A stretch of DNA of 32,000 bases, taken from assembly GCF_000014265.1 (NCBI RefSeq), contig NC_008312.1, positions 6,600,001 to 6,632,000 on the forward strand. Direction: 5' to 3'. The notes below the pieces were generated by a model. It searched no databases. It had not been told where the DNA came from and worked only from the letters and a program-made list of their open reading frames with translations. Below are positions 1-10,101 of the stretch, piece by piece. The DNA comes from Trichodesmium erythraeum IMS101 (GTDB lineage: Bacteria > Cyanobacteriota > Cyanobacteriia > Cyanobacteriales > Microcoleaceae). Within the stretch, counting starts at the first letter, position 1. Each line of letters begins with the position of its first letter. Position numbers and translations under genes: made by a program.

Positions 1-205
1 AAAATTTAGACTTGACCAAAACTATCAGATGCAAAAAAACCTATATTTTGACTACTACTATGTAGGTACGTTCCATGGAACGTACTCACTGTAGTCTACT
101 AAAATAAAAAGCGCTGTATTGGTTGATATATCCCTTGAATTATTATCAGGTAGATGAAAAAAATCATTACTTGTTTACCCCTACCATCATTCTTACCTTT
201 GACTT

Positions 206-1207
206 TCATTTCCCATGTCGTTTTTGATGCCACTGCCAAGCATGACTAACTATTTCCTTAACCTCTGGATATTTCGGAGACCAACCCAACACTTTCCTGG
301 CTTTCTCACTACTCCCTACCAAAATAGGTGGATCTCCAGGTCGGCGATCGCGCTCCTCCACTTTAAACTCTCTACCAGTTACTTGCTTCACAGTCTCTAT
401 CACTTCCCTAACCGAAAACCCATTACCATTGCCCAAATTAAAAATATTGCTCTCACCACCATTCAACAAATATTCTAACCCCAAAACATGAGCATCCGCT
501 AAATCACACACATGAATATAATCTCGAATACAAGTACCATCAGGAGTCTTATAATTTGTGCCAAAAATTGATATAGAATCTCGCTTGCCCAATGCTGCAA
601 ACAATACCAGAGGAATTAAATGAGTTTCCGGGTTATGATCTTCCCCAGTCAAACCATTAGGATGTGCTCCTGCTGCATTAAAGTAGCGAAAACAAACCGA
701 CTTAAAATCATAAGCGATCTCAAAATCTGCAAGTATTTGCTCTATCATCCGCTTACTTGCACCATAAGGGTTAATTGGATTTTTCGGATGATCCTCGGGA
801 ATAGGAATGGTTTGTGGTTTCCCATAAATAGCAGCAGTTGAAGAGAAAACAAACTTTTTTATGGATGCTTTAAGCATCGCTTCTAATAATGTTAGTGTCC
901 CAACTACATTATTGTGGTAATATTTCTGCGGATCCTTTACTGATTCACCGACAAAAATATATGCTGCAAAATGCATTACTGCAGCAATGTTGTGAGTAGC
1001 AAAAATTTTATCTAATAAAGAGCGATCGCTAGTATCCCCAACAATCATTTCTACCTTCAGGACATTTTCTACAATGTCCCGATGTCCATAGACGAGGTTA
1101 TCCAAAATCACTATATCATAACCTGCATTTTGTAAAGCCTGAACTGCATGGGAACCAATATATCCTGCTCCCCCACTCACTAAAATCGTTGGCTTGGTTT
1201 GTGACAC
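206..1207 (-). CDS. galE: UDP-glucose 4-epimerase
   Basis: 333-aa ORF. N-terminal Rossmann motif GGAGYIGSH, catalytic YxxxK (PYGASKRM), and full-length GalE-like sequence ending in ...WQWHQKRHGK. Confidence 0.93.
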   Translation of the reverse strand: MSQTKPTILVSGGAGYIGSHAVQALQNAGYDIVILDNLVYGHRDIVENVLKVEMIVGDTSDRSLLDKIFATHNIAAVMHFAAYIFVGESVKDPQKYYHNNVVGTLTLLEAMLKASIKKFVFSSTAAIYGKPQTIPIPEDHPKNPINPYGASKRMIEQILADFEIAYDFKSVCFRYFNAAGAHPNGLTGEDHNPETHLIPLVLFAALGKRDSISIFGTNYKTPDGTCIRDYIHVCDLADAHVLGLEYLLNGGESNIFNLGNGNGFSVREVIETVKQVTGREFKVEERDRRPGDPPILVGSSEKARKVLGWSPKYPEVKEIVSHAWQWHQKRHGK

Positions 1208-1445
1208 TTTTTCAGTTTCCTTTTAAGTATTAATTTAGCCTTGGTACTTGGCACTTATACCCCAATACAGTTCACTTAAGGATTTTTTTAGGCAGTTTTT
1301 ATCATCTGGGGAGCTACTCTAATAGTTCCATACATACCTGAGTTTTGGTCTCATCTGAACCCTATTGAATCATAACCGGAGCCACCAAAAAATTAATCTT
1401 AAAAGATCCCTACACTATATTTAATTCTTTCTTATCACTATACAG

Positions 1446-1479
1446 CAGAAAATTTCCAATCTCTTTGAGGAGATTGGAA
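1446..1479 (-). terminator. Candidate rho-independent terminator downstream of the 2Fe-2S gene
   Basis: Perfect 10-bp stem ttccaatctc/gagattggaa (1454-1463 / 1470-1479) with a 6-nt loop. On the minus strand it is followed by AUUUUCU. It lies ~40 nt past the stop at 1516. Confidence 0.4.
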
Positions 1480-1515
1480 TTACAGAAAGCTACTATCAAT
1501 CTGGAAACTTTTGTG

Positions 1516-2184
1516 TTATGCTTTTAATACGAAATGTTTTTGAATAACTTGAGGAATTTCTGCTGAACGAATACGACTATATTTAGCTTTCTGGGGCATA
1601 ACTATTATATTGGGTCCAGCTTTACATTTTTTCAGACATCCTGTCTTCTTGATTTTTACCTGGTCTTGTAAATCATGCTCGCTCAATGCTTTAGACAATG
1701 CTTTACAAATTTTACTTGCACCTCGTTTTTCACAATCGGATTTTTGACATACCAAAATTTCAGCTTTTTTACCTACACATTTAGCATTACCTTCAGTCGT
1801 TTTTTGAGATTTACTAGATATCTCCTCAGTATCGGGCAACTTCATTTCTGTTAGTTGACTTGATGACTTTTCAAGTAATGCTACAGGCTGACTTGGCCAT
1901 ATTTCTGTAGCTTTTGCAGTAAAATCTGGTGTAATCTTAAAAGCCTTAAGCTCTTCTTCACCAGTTTTTTTACATAATGCCATTTCACCTTTGATTTTCA
2001 CCTCTAAACCTGGTGTTAATACTGATGAAAAGTTTCGCCGTAAATGCTTGGCTACTTTGACAACATAATTATTTCCGGCCAGTGTCTCTACATGAACATA
2101 TTTCAGCTTGTAGCCATCCTTGATAGTAACTTCTTGGACTTTTCCTTCCAGGCTGAATTTTTTCTGACGCTTGAATTTAGACAT
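1516..2184 (-). CDS. (2Fe-2S) ferredoxin-like (thioredoxin-like fold) domain protein
   Basis: 222-aa ORF. The C-terminal segment has the Cys pattern C-x4-C ... C-x3-C (CQKSDCEKRG...GCLKKCKAGPNIIVMP) typical of thioredoxin-like [2Fe-2S] ferredoxin domains. The N-terminal half is uncharacterised. Confidence 0.75.
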   Translation of the reverse strand: MSKFKRQKKFSLEGKVQEVTIKDGYKLKYVHVETLAGNNYVVKVAKHLRRNFSSVLTPGLEVKIKGEMALCKKTGEEELKAFKITPDFTAKATEIWPSQPVALLEKSSSQLTEMKLPDTEEISSKSQKTTEGNAKCVGKKAEILVCQKSDCEKRGASKICKALSKALSEHDLQDQVKIKKTGCLKKCKAGPNIIVMPQKAKYSRIRSAEIPQVIQKHFVLKA

Positions 2185-2326
2185 TATTGGTTGCTGTATG
2201 TTTACTAATAGTTATCTGTGTAGCTTGGGATAAGTTTAATTACTTAGATATAAAGTTTTTTATCTCTACTTTACAGATAAATACATTACTTTTTTCCCTA
2301 ATTAATTCATGTTATTAATTAGGATA

Positions 2327-2572
2327 TTAGCTAACCTCCCAAGAACTTTGTAACAGTTGAACTAATTCATAACGATGGGCTGTGAATTGTTTCAAGACAC
2401 TTTCTAGTTGATTAGCTTCATTTGTGTTTTTTAGATGTACTTGTAATGGCTTTTCTGGTTCACACCAACAATCAATATCTAATTCTTGTAAACGTCTATA
2501 TACTTGCCATCTATCTACACAGCTTACTTCTACAATTTCACAAATTCCTGGCTTCTGGTTAAATGTACTCAT
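2327..2572 (-). CDS. Small conserved cyanobacterial protein (Asr1405/Asl0597-like)
   Basis: 81-aa ORF with the motif DRWQVYRRLQELDIDCWC, which I recognise from the Asr1405/Asl0597 family. The family call is from memory, not a search. Confidence 0.7.
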   Translation of the reverse strand: MSTFNQKPGICEIVEVSCVDRWQVYRRLQELDIDCWCEPEKPLQVHLKNTNEANQLESVLKQFTAHRYELVQLLQSSWEVS

Positions 2573-2695
2573 TTTTTAACAATTGAAATATTTTCGCACT
2601 AAATTTATATGTAAGCTCTGGTGGAATTAGAGTATATTTCTACCAGTCAGCCTTTATCCTTGAGTATACAATACTTAAGAAATTTTCCCAATAGT

Positions 2696-2724
2696 TTGAT
2701 AAAAACTAGTTTTTAACTCATAAT
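2696..2724 (+). promoter_or_regulatory. Candidate sigma70-type promoter upstream of dps with a palindrome in the spacer
   Basis: TTGATA (2696-2701), 17-nt spacer, CATAAT (2719-2724). The spacer contains the perfect 14-nt palindrome AAAAACTAGTTTTT (2701-2714). An alternative promoter is TTGACT (2752-2757), 16 nt, TAAACT. Confidence 0.3.
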
Positions 2725-2855
2725 GTCTTTTATCTGTTAACCTGACTCTGGTTGACTCTCCTAGTAACTGTGGTAAACTTAAAACTACTAGCAATCAAAA
2801 AGCGCTAGACTAGAATAGATAGACTAAGTTAATTTACAAATAAGGAATAAATAAT

Positions 2856-3398
2856 ATGTCTAACGGCACAACAGCAACTCCAGTACAGGCATTTGGTCAG
2901 ATTGCTGATAACCCTATTGGATTAGAAAAAAGTGTTACTGAACCTGTATGCGAGGGTATGAATGTAGCTTTGGCCAGTTGCCAAGCTTTATACCTCCAGT
3001 ATGAGAAACACCATTTTGTCGTAGAAGGAGCAGAGTTTAACCAACTACATGAGTTTTTCAAAGAAAGCTATGAGGAAGTTAAAGAGCATGTCCATGAGAT
3101 GGCTGAGCGTTTAAATGGTCTAGGTGGTGTTCCAGTTGCTAGCTTTGCTAAGTTAGCTGAGATGTGTTGCTTTACTCCTGAAGAAGATGGAAGTTTTAAT
3201 GCTCGTAATATGATCGAACACGATCTAAAAGCAGAGCAGGATGTAATTAAGTTATTACGTCGCCTAGCTGCGCAAGCTGAAAGCTTAGGCGATCGTGCTA
3301 CTCGTTACCTGTATGAGAAGATTCTACTGGAGACAGAAGAGCGTGCATATCATCTAGATCACTTCCTTGCTCCAGATACACTAGTAGTATTGAACTAA
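2856..3398 (+). CDS. dps: Dps-family DNA-binding ferritin-like protein
   Basis: 180-aa ORF with Dps ferroxidase-centre context ([34 protein letters not shown]) and typical Dps length. Confidence 0.9.
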   Translation: MSNGTTATPVQAFGQIADNPIGLEKSVTEPVCEGMNVALASCQALYLQYEKHHFVVEGAEFNQLHEFFKESYEEVKEHVHEMAERLNGLGGVPVASFAKLAEMCCFTPEEDGSFNARNMIEHDLKAEQDVIKLLRRLAAQAESLGDRATRYLYEKILLETEERAYHLDHFLAPDTLVVLN

Positions 3399-3618
3399 GT
3401 TAATTATCCTAGTTAAAAACCTGCAAATTCTAGAAAAATGAACAGAGTAGATATAGATAGGTAGATACAACACCCGGATTTTTGTTTGTAAGATCACAGT
3501 TTAATATAACTTACAAAAACCTAAACTTTGGTAGAGGTAGCCAAAAATTTAAGACATTAAAGTTTCATTTTTTGCCTTTTCATCTTCTTAGAGGAAGAAG
3601 ATGTTATAAAGCACCTGG

Positions 3619-3656
3619 CAGAGAGGTACAGTCATTCTCTCTGTCATATTTTTTTG
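3619..3656 (+). terminator. Candidate terminator hairpin + T-run
   Basis: 7-bp stem cagagag/ctctctg (3619-3625 / 3637-3643) followed by tcatattttttt. It is ~220 nt downstream of the dps stop, so assigning it to dps is uncertain. Confidence 0.3.
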
Positions 3657-4629
3657 CTAGATCTAGTTGAACTAGCTGTTAATTTAATTATAACCATGTT
3701 GCAAAAATTTAGCAACTACCTTGAAAAAATTTTCTTTTTTGTTAAATTTATTACTGAATTCCGTCATTTTATTTTACTAATTGATTTAAACCAGCTATCG
3801 GGAATAACTAGCTTGCATTTGTTTTGTTATTACATATAATCCATAGTCCAATCCGAGTAATTGATTTTATTTTGTCAAAAGTCAAAATAAAAAAGTCAAA
3901 ATAAAAGAATATGACTATATAACCTTAAATCTATACTATACCAATTTCCCAAAATAATATTATATTTTTTTAATAATTCAATTATTAAGTAAAAATTAGG
4001 TCTAATAATGGATTTAACTGTTCAAGTCTCTAATTACATTAGAGCAATATACTTATTGATTTGATCCAATAAAAAAAAGTCTGAAGCCAAGGAAGTCTCA
4101 CCAAAAAAAAATAATATTGTCCATCTTAGCAACTAAGCACTAGGTATGAAGCGAAGATATCTCAATTCCTAATAACCCTAAGACCTAGGGACATTTCATA
4201 GTGCCATCTACATCAGAAAATATCTCCTACGTCTACAATACCATAGTATTAGGGAAAAACGATATAATAAGGCCACTTTTAAGTATAGGAAGTAGGAAAA
4301 ACTCCTGTAGATAAAAGTTGGCAATAATAAAGGGGCGAGGGCAGTAATTTAAGCCACCCTATATATGCTTGAAATTCTAGTATTACGTCTTTTGGTTAGG
4401 ACTGGGAAATTTTGCTTGTAATATAACAGGCAATAGGAGATGGGGAACAGAGAAATGTCCTAACCGATTTGCGTATTGCTATAGATTTGTTGCGTCGGCA
4501 ATACAACTAATTATTAAGGGAGGGGATCTTTAGGGGATCTTTAGAAATGAAGAAAACCCTTGTCCAGTTAATGTTGGTCTATTAATAACGCCAATTCCTC
4601 AACTCAGAGATAATCAAGATTATTACTCC

Positions 4630-5397
4630 CAGAAAAAGGATTTGCTAAATACCAAAGACAAATTTCGAGAGTACAAATTAATTCATTCTCAAGTATTGCA
4701 AGATTGCATTAAACAAGTAAAACTAGGCTTTGATAGGTGTTTTAAAGTAGATAAAAATGGGCAAAGATTAGGGAATACTCAAGATTTAAAGGAAAAGGTT
4801 GTTATCGTAACTTCACTTATCCTCAAATAAAGTCAGACTGTGTTTAAGGAAATAAAATTAATTTACCCAAAATAGGTAAGGTAAAGTTAATTAAGATGGT
4901 TTTAAATAAAAACAGTTACTATTAGCCACAAAGCTGATGGGTATTATGTTACCATGTAGTTCAAGGATAAATCAGTTCCCACCTTGACTGCTGTTGTCAA
5001 ACCTGCCTGGGATAACACTTTGGCTATTGATTAGGGTTCTGAAAGATTTTTTTGATAACCAAGGAAGTAGTATGACTTCCAATTCCTCAATATTACCGAA
5101 AGTCTCAGAAGTGGCTAAAGACTTTACAAAAAGGTTTATCTTGAAACAAAAAAGGCAGCAACAGATCGTTAAAGGCTTTCAAGTCAGTAGGTAAATAATA
5201 TAAACAAGTGTGAATAGTATAAAAGCACTTTAGTGATAGCAGGTAGATTTTATCCGAGTTCTCAGATATGTTCTCACTGTGGGTATAAACAGAAAATGCT
5301 ATTACATAAGAGAACTTATGAATGTGACAACTGCGGTTTGAAAGCAGACAGAGACTTTAATGCTGCAATAAAGAGCAAAAACTATGTGAATAAGTAG
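4630..5397 (+). pseudogene. tnpB: Decayed IS200/IS605-family TnpB (OrfB) transposase-associated nuclease
   Basis: TnpB-like pieces lie in different frames: KDKFREYKLIHSQVLQDCIKQVKLGFDRCF, then PKIGKVKLIK, then the C-terminal zinc finger RFYPSSQICSHCGYKQKMLLHKRTYECDNCGLKADRDFNAAI ending at the TAG at 5395-5397. There are many stops and frameshifts, and much of the RuvC core is missing. Confidence 0.7.
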
Positions 5398-5574
5398 CTT
5401 GAGTCAAAAGCGATTTTGTTTCCTGAAGATGTAAGAAATGAGCTGGCTTAGTTTAACAATGTTAGGATTACTCATAGTTTTGAGCAAGTGTAGTTAGGAG
5501 TATTGACTTAATCAAAGAATAACGATATAATAGGCAAAAAAATATACTATTTAGATAAATAACCCGGAAAATAC

Positions 5575-5769
5575 ATGAAATCCATCAGGAGCAAACTAAA
5601 ATTAAATAACCAGCAAAAAACTCTGATGGCTCAACACGCAAGTTATAACAGATGGTCTTATAACTGGGTTTTAAATTGGTGGAATGTTGCTGATAAAGAT
5701 GGTTATCAACCATTAGCCATTAAACTCAGAGAGGTTTTGACGAGCCACACAAAACCTCTTGAACCCTGA
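5575..5769 (+). pseudogene. tnpB: N-terminal fragment of a second TnpB copy
   Basis: 64-aa ORF MKSIRSKLKLNNQQKTLMAQHASYNRWSYNWVLNWW matches the usual TnpB N-terminus (R.KL.P...Q...L......R..YN). It is truncated after ~64 aa. Confidence 0.6.
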
Positions 5770-5913
5770 ATAAAAAATTTTTCCTCTAAAACTGAAAAAT
5801 TTATATAGTAAGTTTTTGAGCAGTTTCAGTTTTTATTTTCCAATAATTCTATTCGTAGAAGGTAAAAGTCAAGAGTCAGTAGTAGGTTTGATTTAATTTT
5901 TCTTATTAAAAAT

Positions 5914-6933
5914 ATGGCAAAATCCCTAAAACCTGAGGCATTTTTTCAAGCACCAGGAGTCATCCTTGATGTTCGCAGTCCTGCTGAATATACTCAAGGT
6001 CATATTCCTGGCGCTGTTAGTTTTCCTCTATTTAATAATGAAGAACGGGCTTTAGTAGGAACTTGCTACAAACAAAAAGGTAAAGATGAAGCAGTAGAGT
6101 TAGGGTTAGCGATCGCTGGTCCGAAATTAGCTGATTTTGTTGCCTATGCTAAAATTTTAGCTCCAGACCGTCAAGTCAGAATTCACTGTTGGCGTGGTGG
6201 AATGCGTAGTGCTTCAGTAGGTTGGTTACTAGAAACTGCTGGGTTTAATGTGGCTCTACTCATGGGTGGTTATAAAGGGTTTCGGCGTTGGGCACTTTCT
6301 TTATTTTTAGTTCCACAAAAAATTATTGTTCTGGGTGGAATGACTGGCAGTGGCAAAACTGAGATTCTGCATGCTTTAAGAGATATGGGGGAACAGGTAT
6401 TGGATCTAGAAGCTCTTGCAAACCATCGGGGTAGTAGTTTCGGAGCTTTGGGGCAGTTACCTCAACCTACTAACGAGCAATTTTGGAATAAGATAGCAAT
6501 GGAGTGGGGAAAGTTTGATTCCACTCAACCTTTATGGGTTGAAGCTGAGAGCAGAAGTATTGGGTTGTGTCGTATTCCCCAGGAAATTTTTGAGCAAATG
6601 GAAAAAGCAATAGTTATTGAAATAAGTCGTAGTCGTCAGGAAAGAGTGGCATTTTTGGTAGAAATATATGGGGATGCAAATATTGATGATTTGATTGCTG
6701 CTACCGAACGCATTCGTAAACGCTTGGGAGGTCTGCGAGCGCAAAAGGCAATTGATTTTGGTAGAGAAGGCAATTTAGTAGCAGCTTCAGATTTAATTCT
6801 TCACTACTATGATAAAACCTATACTTATGATTTGGAAAAAAGGGGTGGTTATATTTATAAAGTTAATGTTTCTGGTTTATCAAATCTTGATGCTGCAGTG
6901 TTGGTACAACAAAAAAGTCAAGAGATTCAATAA
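5914..6933 (+). CDS. selU: tRNA 2-selenouridine synthase
   Basis: 339-aa ORF. N-terminal rhodanese domain with active-site CWRGGMRS, followed by the P-loop GGMTGSGKTE. This is the typical SelU/MnmH architecture and length. Confidence 0.9.
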   Translation: MAKSLKPEAFFQAPGVILDVRSPAEYTQGHIPGAVSFPLFNNEERALVGTCYKQKGKDEAVELGLAIAGPKLADFVAYAKILAPDRQVRIHCWRGGMRSASVGWLLETAGFNVALLMGGYKGFRRWALSLFLVPQKIIVLGGMTGSGKTEILHALRDMGEQVLDLEALANHRGSSFGALGQLPQPTNEQFWNKIAMEWGKFDSTQPLWVEAESRSIGLCRIPQEIFEQMEKAIVIEISRSRQERVAFLVEIYGDANIDDLIAATERIRKRLGGLRAQKAIDFGREGNLVAASDLILHYYDKTYTYDLEKRGGYIYKVNVSGLSNLDAAVLVQQKSQEIQ

Positions 6934-7318
6934 TTCAGTTATTTATCATTAGTTAATTTTCCTGATTTTTTTTGTCAATTTTTTTTTAGTCAAATAAAAA
7001 TACTATGTCTGGTTAAATATCCATAGATATAGCTTTAATGAGTCACCTATCATATCAAATCTGGTAGCATGGGAGTAATTCAACCTAAATTTTTACTCCA
7101 CCAATTGTATAGTAGTCAAAGCATAGCTTAAGACATCAATTTCTGTATAAACCGAAATTGAGAAGAGAGAGAGCGTCTTAAGCTTTTGTTAGATTTCTAT
7201 ATTGGGTTAGGACTTACACAACAACACTAATCATAGTTCAAATACTCAAAAACTACACTATATATAGCGTTACTATGTAATTCCTGTAGGTTATAGCCTT
7301 GATGAGAAACTGCTGTTT

Positions 7319-7507
7319 TCAAAGAAGTTGACAACCCTCAAACAAAACTGCTTCTAGCTCCTCAGGGCCAGCAAATGAATAATTTGCTATCAGTTCATCA
7401 ATTAGAGGCCATAAGCCCTCTGCAGGTTGTAAATAAGAGTGAGTAGACGGGGTCATTACTCTAAGTACAAGCCCAAAGGAGTTTTTAACTCTGAACTTGT
7501 ATGCCAT
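7319..7507 (-). pseudogene. C-terminal fragment of an IS630-like DDE transposase
   Basis: The 62-aa ORF contains LQPAEGLWPLIDELIANYSFAGPEELEAVL, resembling the conserved SP.LQPAE.LWP....IAN..F tail of cyanobacterial IS630-type transposases. No upstream catalytic part is present. Confidence 0.45.
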
Positions 7508-7744
7508 CCAGCTGTGTTAATGGTTAAGAGGTGATTTATAAAGATAATCTCAAGAAAGCTTTGTCCAAGTCAATAATGGTGTTCTTCTTAATCAGACTAT
7601 TGTAACTAATAAACTGCCTATTTGCGATCGCAAATCATCAACATCAACACCAAATTTAACCCCCCTTCAGGCAGCTCGCTGAGGTAGGTGTGAATTGGTT
7701 GCTTACGCTTGGTTCTAATTCTTACCATTGTTCATTTTTCCCTA

Positions 7745-8185
7745 GGGAGTGCAATAAAAGTCTTGGATAACAAGAACTTCCTGATCCTGTGCGAATATTA
7801 TCCAAAATATATTTCATATCCCATCAAGCCAAATACAAATTATACAAACCTAAGTGTTAGTTGTAGAGGCAACTCACCCGTAAGCTACACGCAAGTTACT
7901 ATTAGTTCAATAACTACATCCCAGTTATTATTAGATGAACCCCTACCTATACCTCTTGTGTTAGTTTACCCACTGCTCCATTACCATTACAGTAAGCCCA
8001 AATGTCAGACTCCTTCTTTGTTTATCAGAAGCATTATACTCCCACCAATTGCTGAGAATGTACTTGGTACTTGGACTTATAATTAGAAGCGCCCCTTGGA
8101 CTTATTCATATCTACTTTGGTGTAGGTTTGTTGCGTGTTCGCAGATGTTTTATCACCATATTTGCTTTTTTTGTGCAACAAAGCC
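7745..8185 (-). mobile_element. Truncated, decayed third copy of the IS5-family (IS903-group-like) element
   Basis: The terminal repeat GGCTTTGTTGCAC (reverse complement ends at 8185) is the same as on the copies at 14726 and 17871. It is followed on the minus strand by ATGAATAAGTCCAAG (start at 8109) and stop-riddled similarity to the N-terminal third of the transposase (..VIELIV.., ..FGLMG..). Confidence 0.5.
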
Positions 8186-8278
8186 TTATACTACTTATCT
8201 GTAGCGTTAAATGTGAAATAATTTTCTCAATTTACTTAGAGCGTTAAAGTTTTAAATTTTTAACATCTTACTTCCAAA

Positions 8279-8680
8279 CTTGGGGTCATGACTGTTTCAA
8301 ATAGCAATAAGTTAGAGACTTTCAGATTCTGTAGCTGGGCCGGAATACGAAAAACAGGAAAATACAACTAAATTTATTCATATTTAGAGTATAATTTTAA
8401 TTTTTACCTGAGTGTAATTTCTAACGAAAGCAAATCATATTAATAAAATTTATTAATAGGCTCAAATAATTGTGGGATAGCTTCGATAATTTTTTATTTT
8501 TGTAAGTTGGGAAATTTCTTCTGGCAGTCCATCTAGCTATCGGTGCTTTGAAATTTTTGACACCGAAAATCCTTAATAACCTACCCATCCCCCTCAAGAC
8601 TTGTCTGTCTTTTAAGAGAGAGAATGAAACAGCCCTGCCGAGGGGTAAGGGGGAGGTAAGGAGGTTAACTTCTGTAAAAC
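8279..8680 (+). repeat. Copy A of a ~350-400 bp non-coding dispersed element
   Basis: Colinear with 10102-10440, roughly three quarters identical by eye. Shared blocks include gtttcaaaNagcaataa, ggaaaatacaactaaattta, gtgtaatttct, tcttttaaga and aggggtaaggg. All frames contain stops. Confidence 0.7.
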
Positions 8681-9185
8681 AGTACAACAATTTTAACCAG
8701 GTGGAGTTATCCCCTGTTTAAACAACCTTTGCTTCACAATGCTAATGCTTAAAAGCCATATTGTGCATTTAACTTACTCAAAGCTTGTACCCTGAACCTA
8801 CACAAGCATTACCGCACCCATTAAAGTGACGGCTGTTACCAACTCTGCCTTGTTATTTGATAACAAGACGCTTATGGTTGATACTTTGGAGTATTTTGCC
8901 TGCTCGCACATAGCACTATAACAACAAGAATATCCATTTTTTGATATTTTTTAACTTACCAGTAGCCATCAAAACAGATGGCTTTTAGTTCTTCATTGGG
9001 CAAGAGTGTTCCTTATCAAATAAGTTACTAGTTATACAAATTATGATTTCACTTTTTAGCAGTTCTCAAGTAATTGACCAAATTTATTGGAAAAACTTTT
9101 TTGAACTACATAATTACATATCAGTAATTTTAAAAAGGTTTGTGTTTTGGTTTTTAGGTAAATATTTTTCCTCATAGGGTGATGA

Positions 9186-9947
9186 CTACTTCTTATTTAT
9201 CCCACTAGGAAATTGATCTATCTGAGCTACACCATAGAATGTAACTTCATTTCTTCCTACTCGTAGTCTATCTACTCGCAATTGAGTATTTTCTAATGCA
9301 AATTTATCTAAATCTAGTAAATTATTAACATGATTAACTAGAGATTTACTTAGGTCTACTGATTCTTGATTACCACTATATTTGACATTAACAAATTTTA
9401 TTTTACGTCGCTTCTCCGCTTCAATATTAGCAGTAAAATCAACGTCTATAGGTTTATCTGAGGTTCCCACCCTAATTTGAGTTTTAATTCTGAGAGCTCT
9501 ATCTTCTGTTATATTCATTTGAGTATTTTGAAAATGTAGGGGTTGTCCATCATAATTAAGCCTTTGGAGTTTCTCTAACACAAATGGAGTATTGAAAGAA
9601 GTAGTCAAATCTGACTCGGTTAATACTGTTCTCAGAGTTGCCTGGATGGGCTGCCTTAGTTTGACTTTACCTGTAAAAATTGCACTGAAGTCTATTGATA
9701 CAGCTTGCAGGTAAAGTTCCATGACTTCGATGCGAAGGCCATTATACATCTGCATTCCTTTACCTATAAAGTCAAACCCATCCAGACTACCCTGTAATAA
9801 TTTGGCCACTGGTTCTGCCCGAACATTGGCTTCGACTTGATCCGAGCTCTTAAACAGTGCTGCTATTGCAGCTCCTGCCACTTTGCTCACTAGGCGATCG
9901 CCTTTTTGATTCAGTATTGGTGTACTGGTAAACAATGCCGTCACCAT
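9186..9947 (-). CDS. DUF2993 (LmeA-like) domain protein
   Basis: 253-aa ORF with DUF2993-like layout (N-terminal hydrophobic segment, ...VRAEPVAKLLQGSLDGFDFIGKGMQMYNGLRIEVMEL...). The family call is from recognition only. Confidence 0.75.
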   Translation of the reverse strand: MVTALFTSTPILNQKGDRLVSKVAGAAIAALFKSSDQVEANVRAEPVAKLLQGSLDGFDFIGKGMQMYNGLRIEVMELYLQAVSIDFSAIFTGKVKLRQPIQATLRTVLTESDLTTSFNTPFVLEKLQRLNYDGQPLHFQNTQMNITEDRALRIKTQIRVGTSDKPIDVDFTANIEAEKRRKIKFVNVKYSGNQESVDLSKSLVNHVNNLLDLDKFALENTQLRVDRLRVGRNEVTFYGVAQIDQFPSGINKK

Positions 9948-10101
9948 AATTTTTTAATCTGCTTTTACTATTATAACCTTTTTGTGAATAATTGTAAATT
10001 TAACTTGTACTTATGCACTTTATAAGTTTAACTTTTGGCTTAATCAAGAGATGTACCTTCAAAAACGAGAAAATCAAACTTTTAAATGCATAAGTCCTCT
10101 C

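Noticed and set aside
215-841. Plus-strand ORFs 215-478 and 620-841.
   Set aside because: They are antisense within the well-supported galE gene, with no motifs.
3482-3839. Two short plus-strand ORFs downstream of dps.
   Set aside because: The sequence is AT-rich and low-complexity, with no SD or motif. The region instead contains hairpins (catcttctt-agagg-aagaagatg at 3581-3603; cagagag/ctctctg at 3619-3643).
6532-6744. Minus-strand ORF inside selU.
   Set aside because: It is antisense to a confidently identified gene.
7709-8086. 125-aa plus-strand ORF.
   Set aside because: It lies antisense to the decayed IS903-like relic (minus strand). It has low complexity and no recognisable motif.
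8421-8690. 89-aa minus-strand ORF inside repeat copy A.
   Set aside because: The homologous region of copy B (10102-10440) does not keep this frame open.
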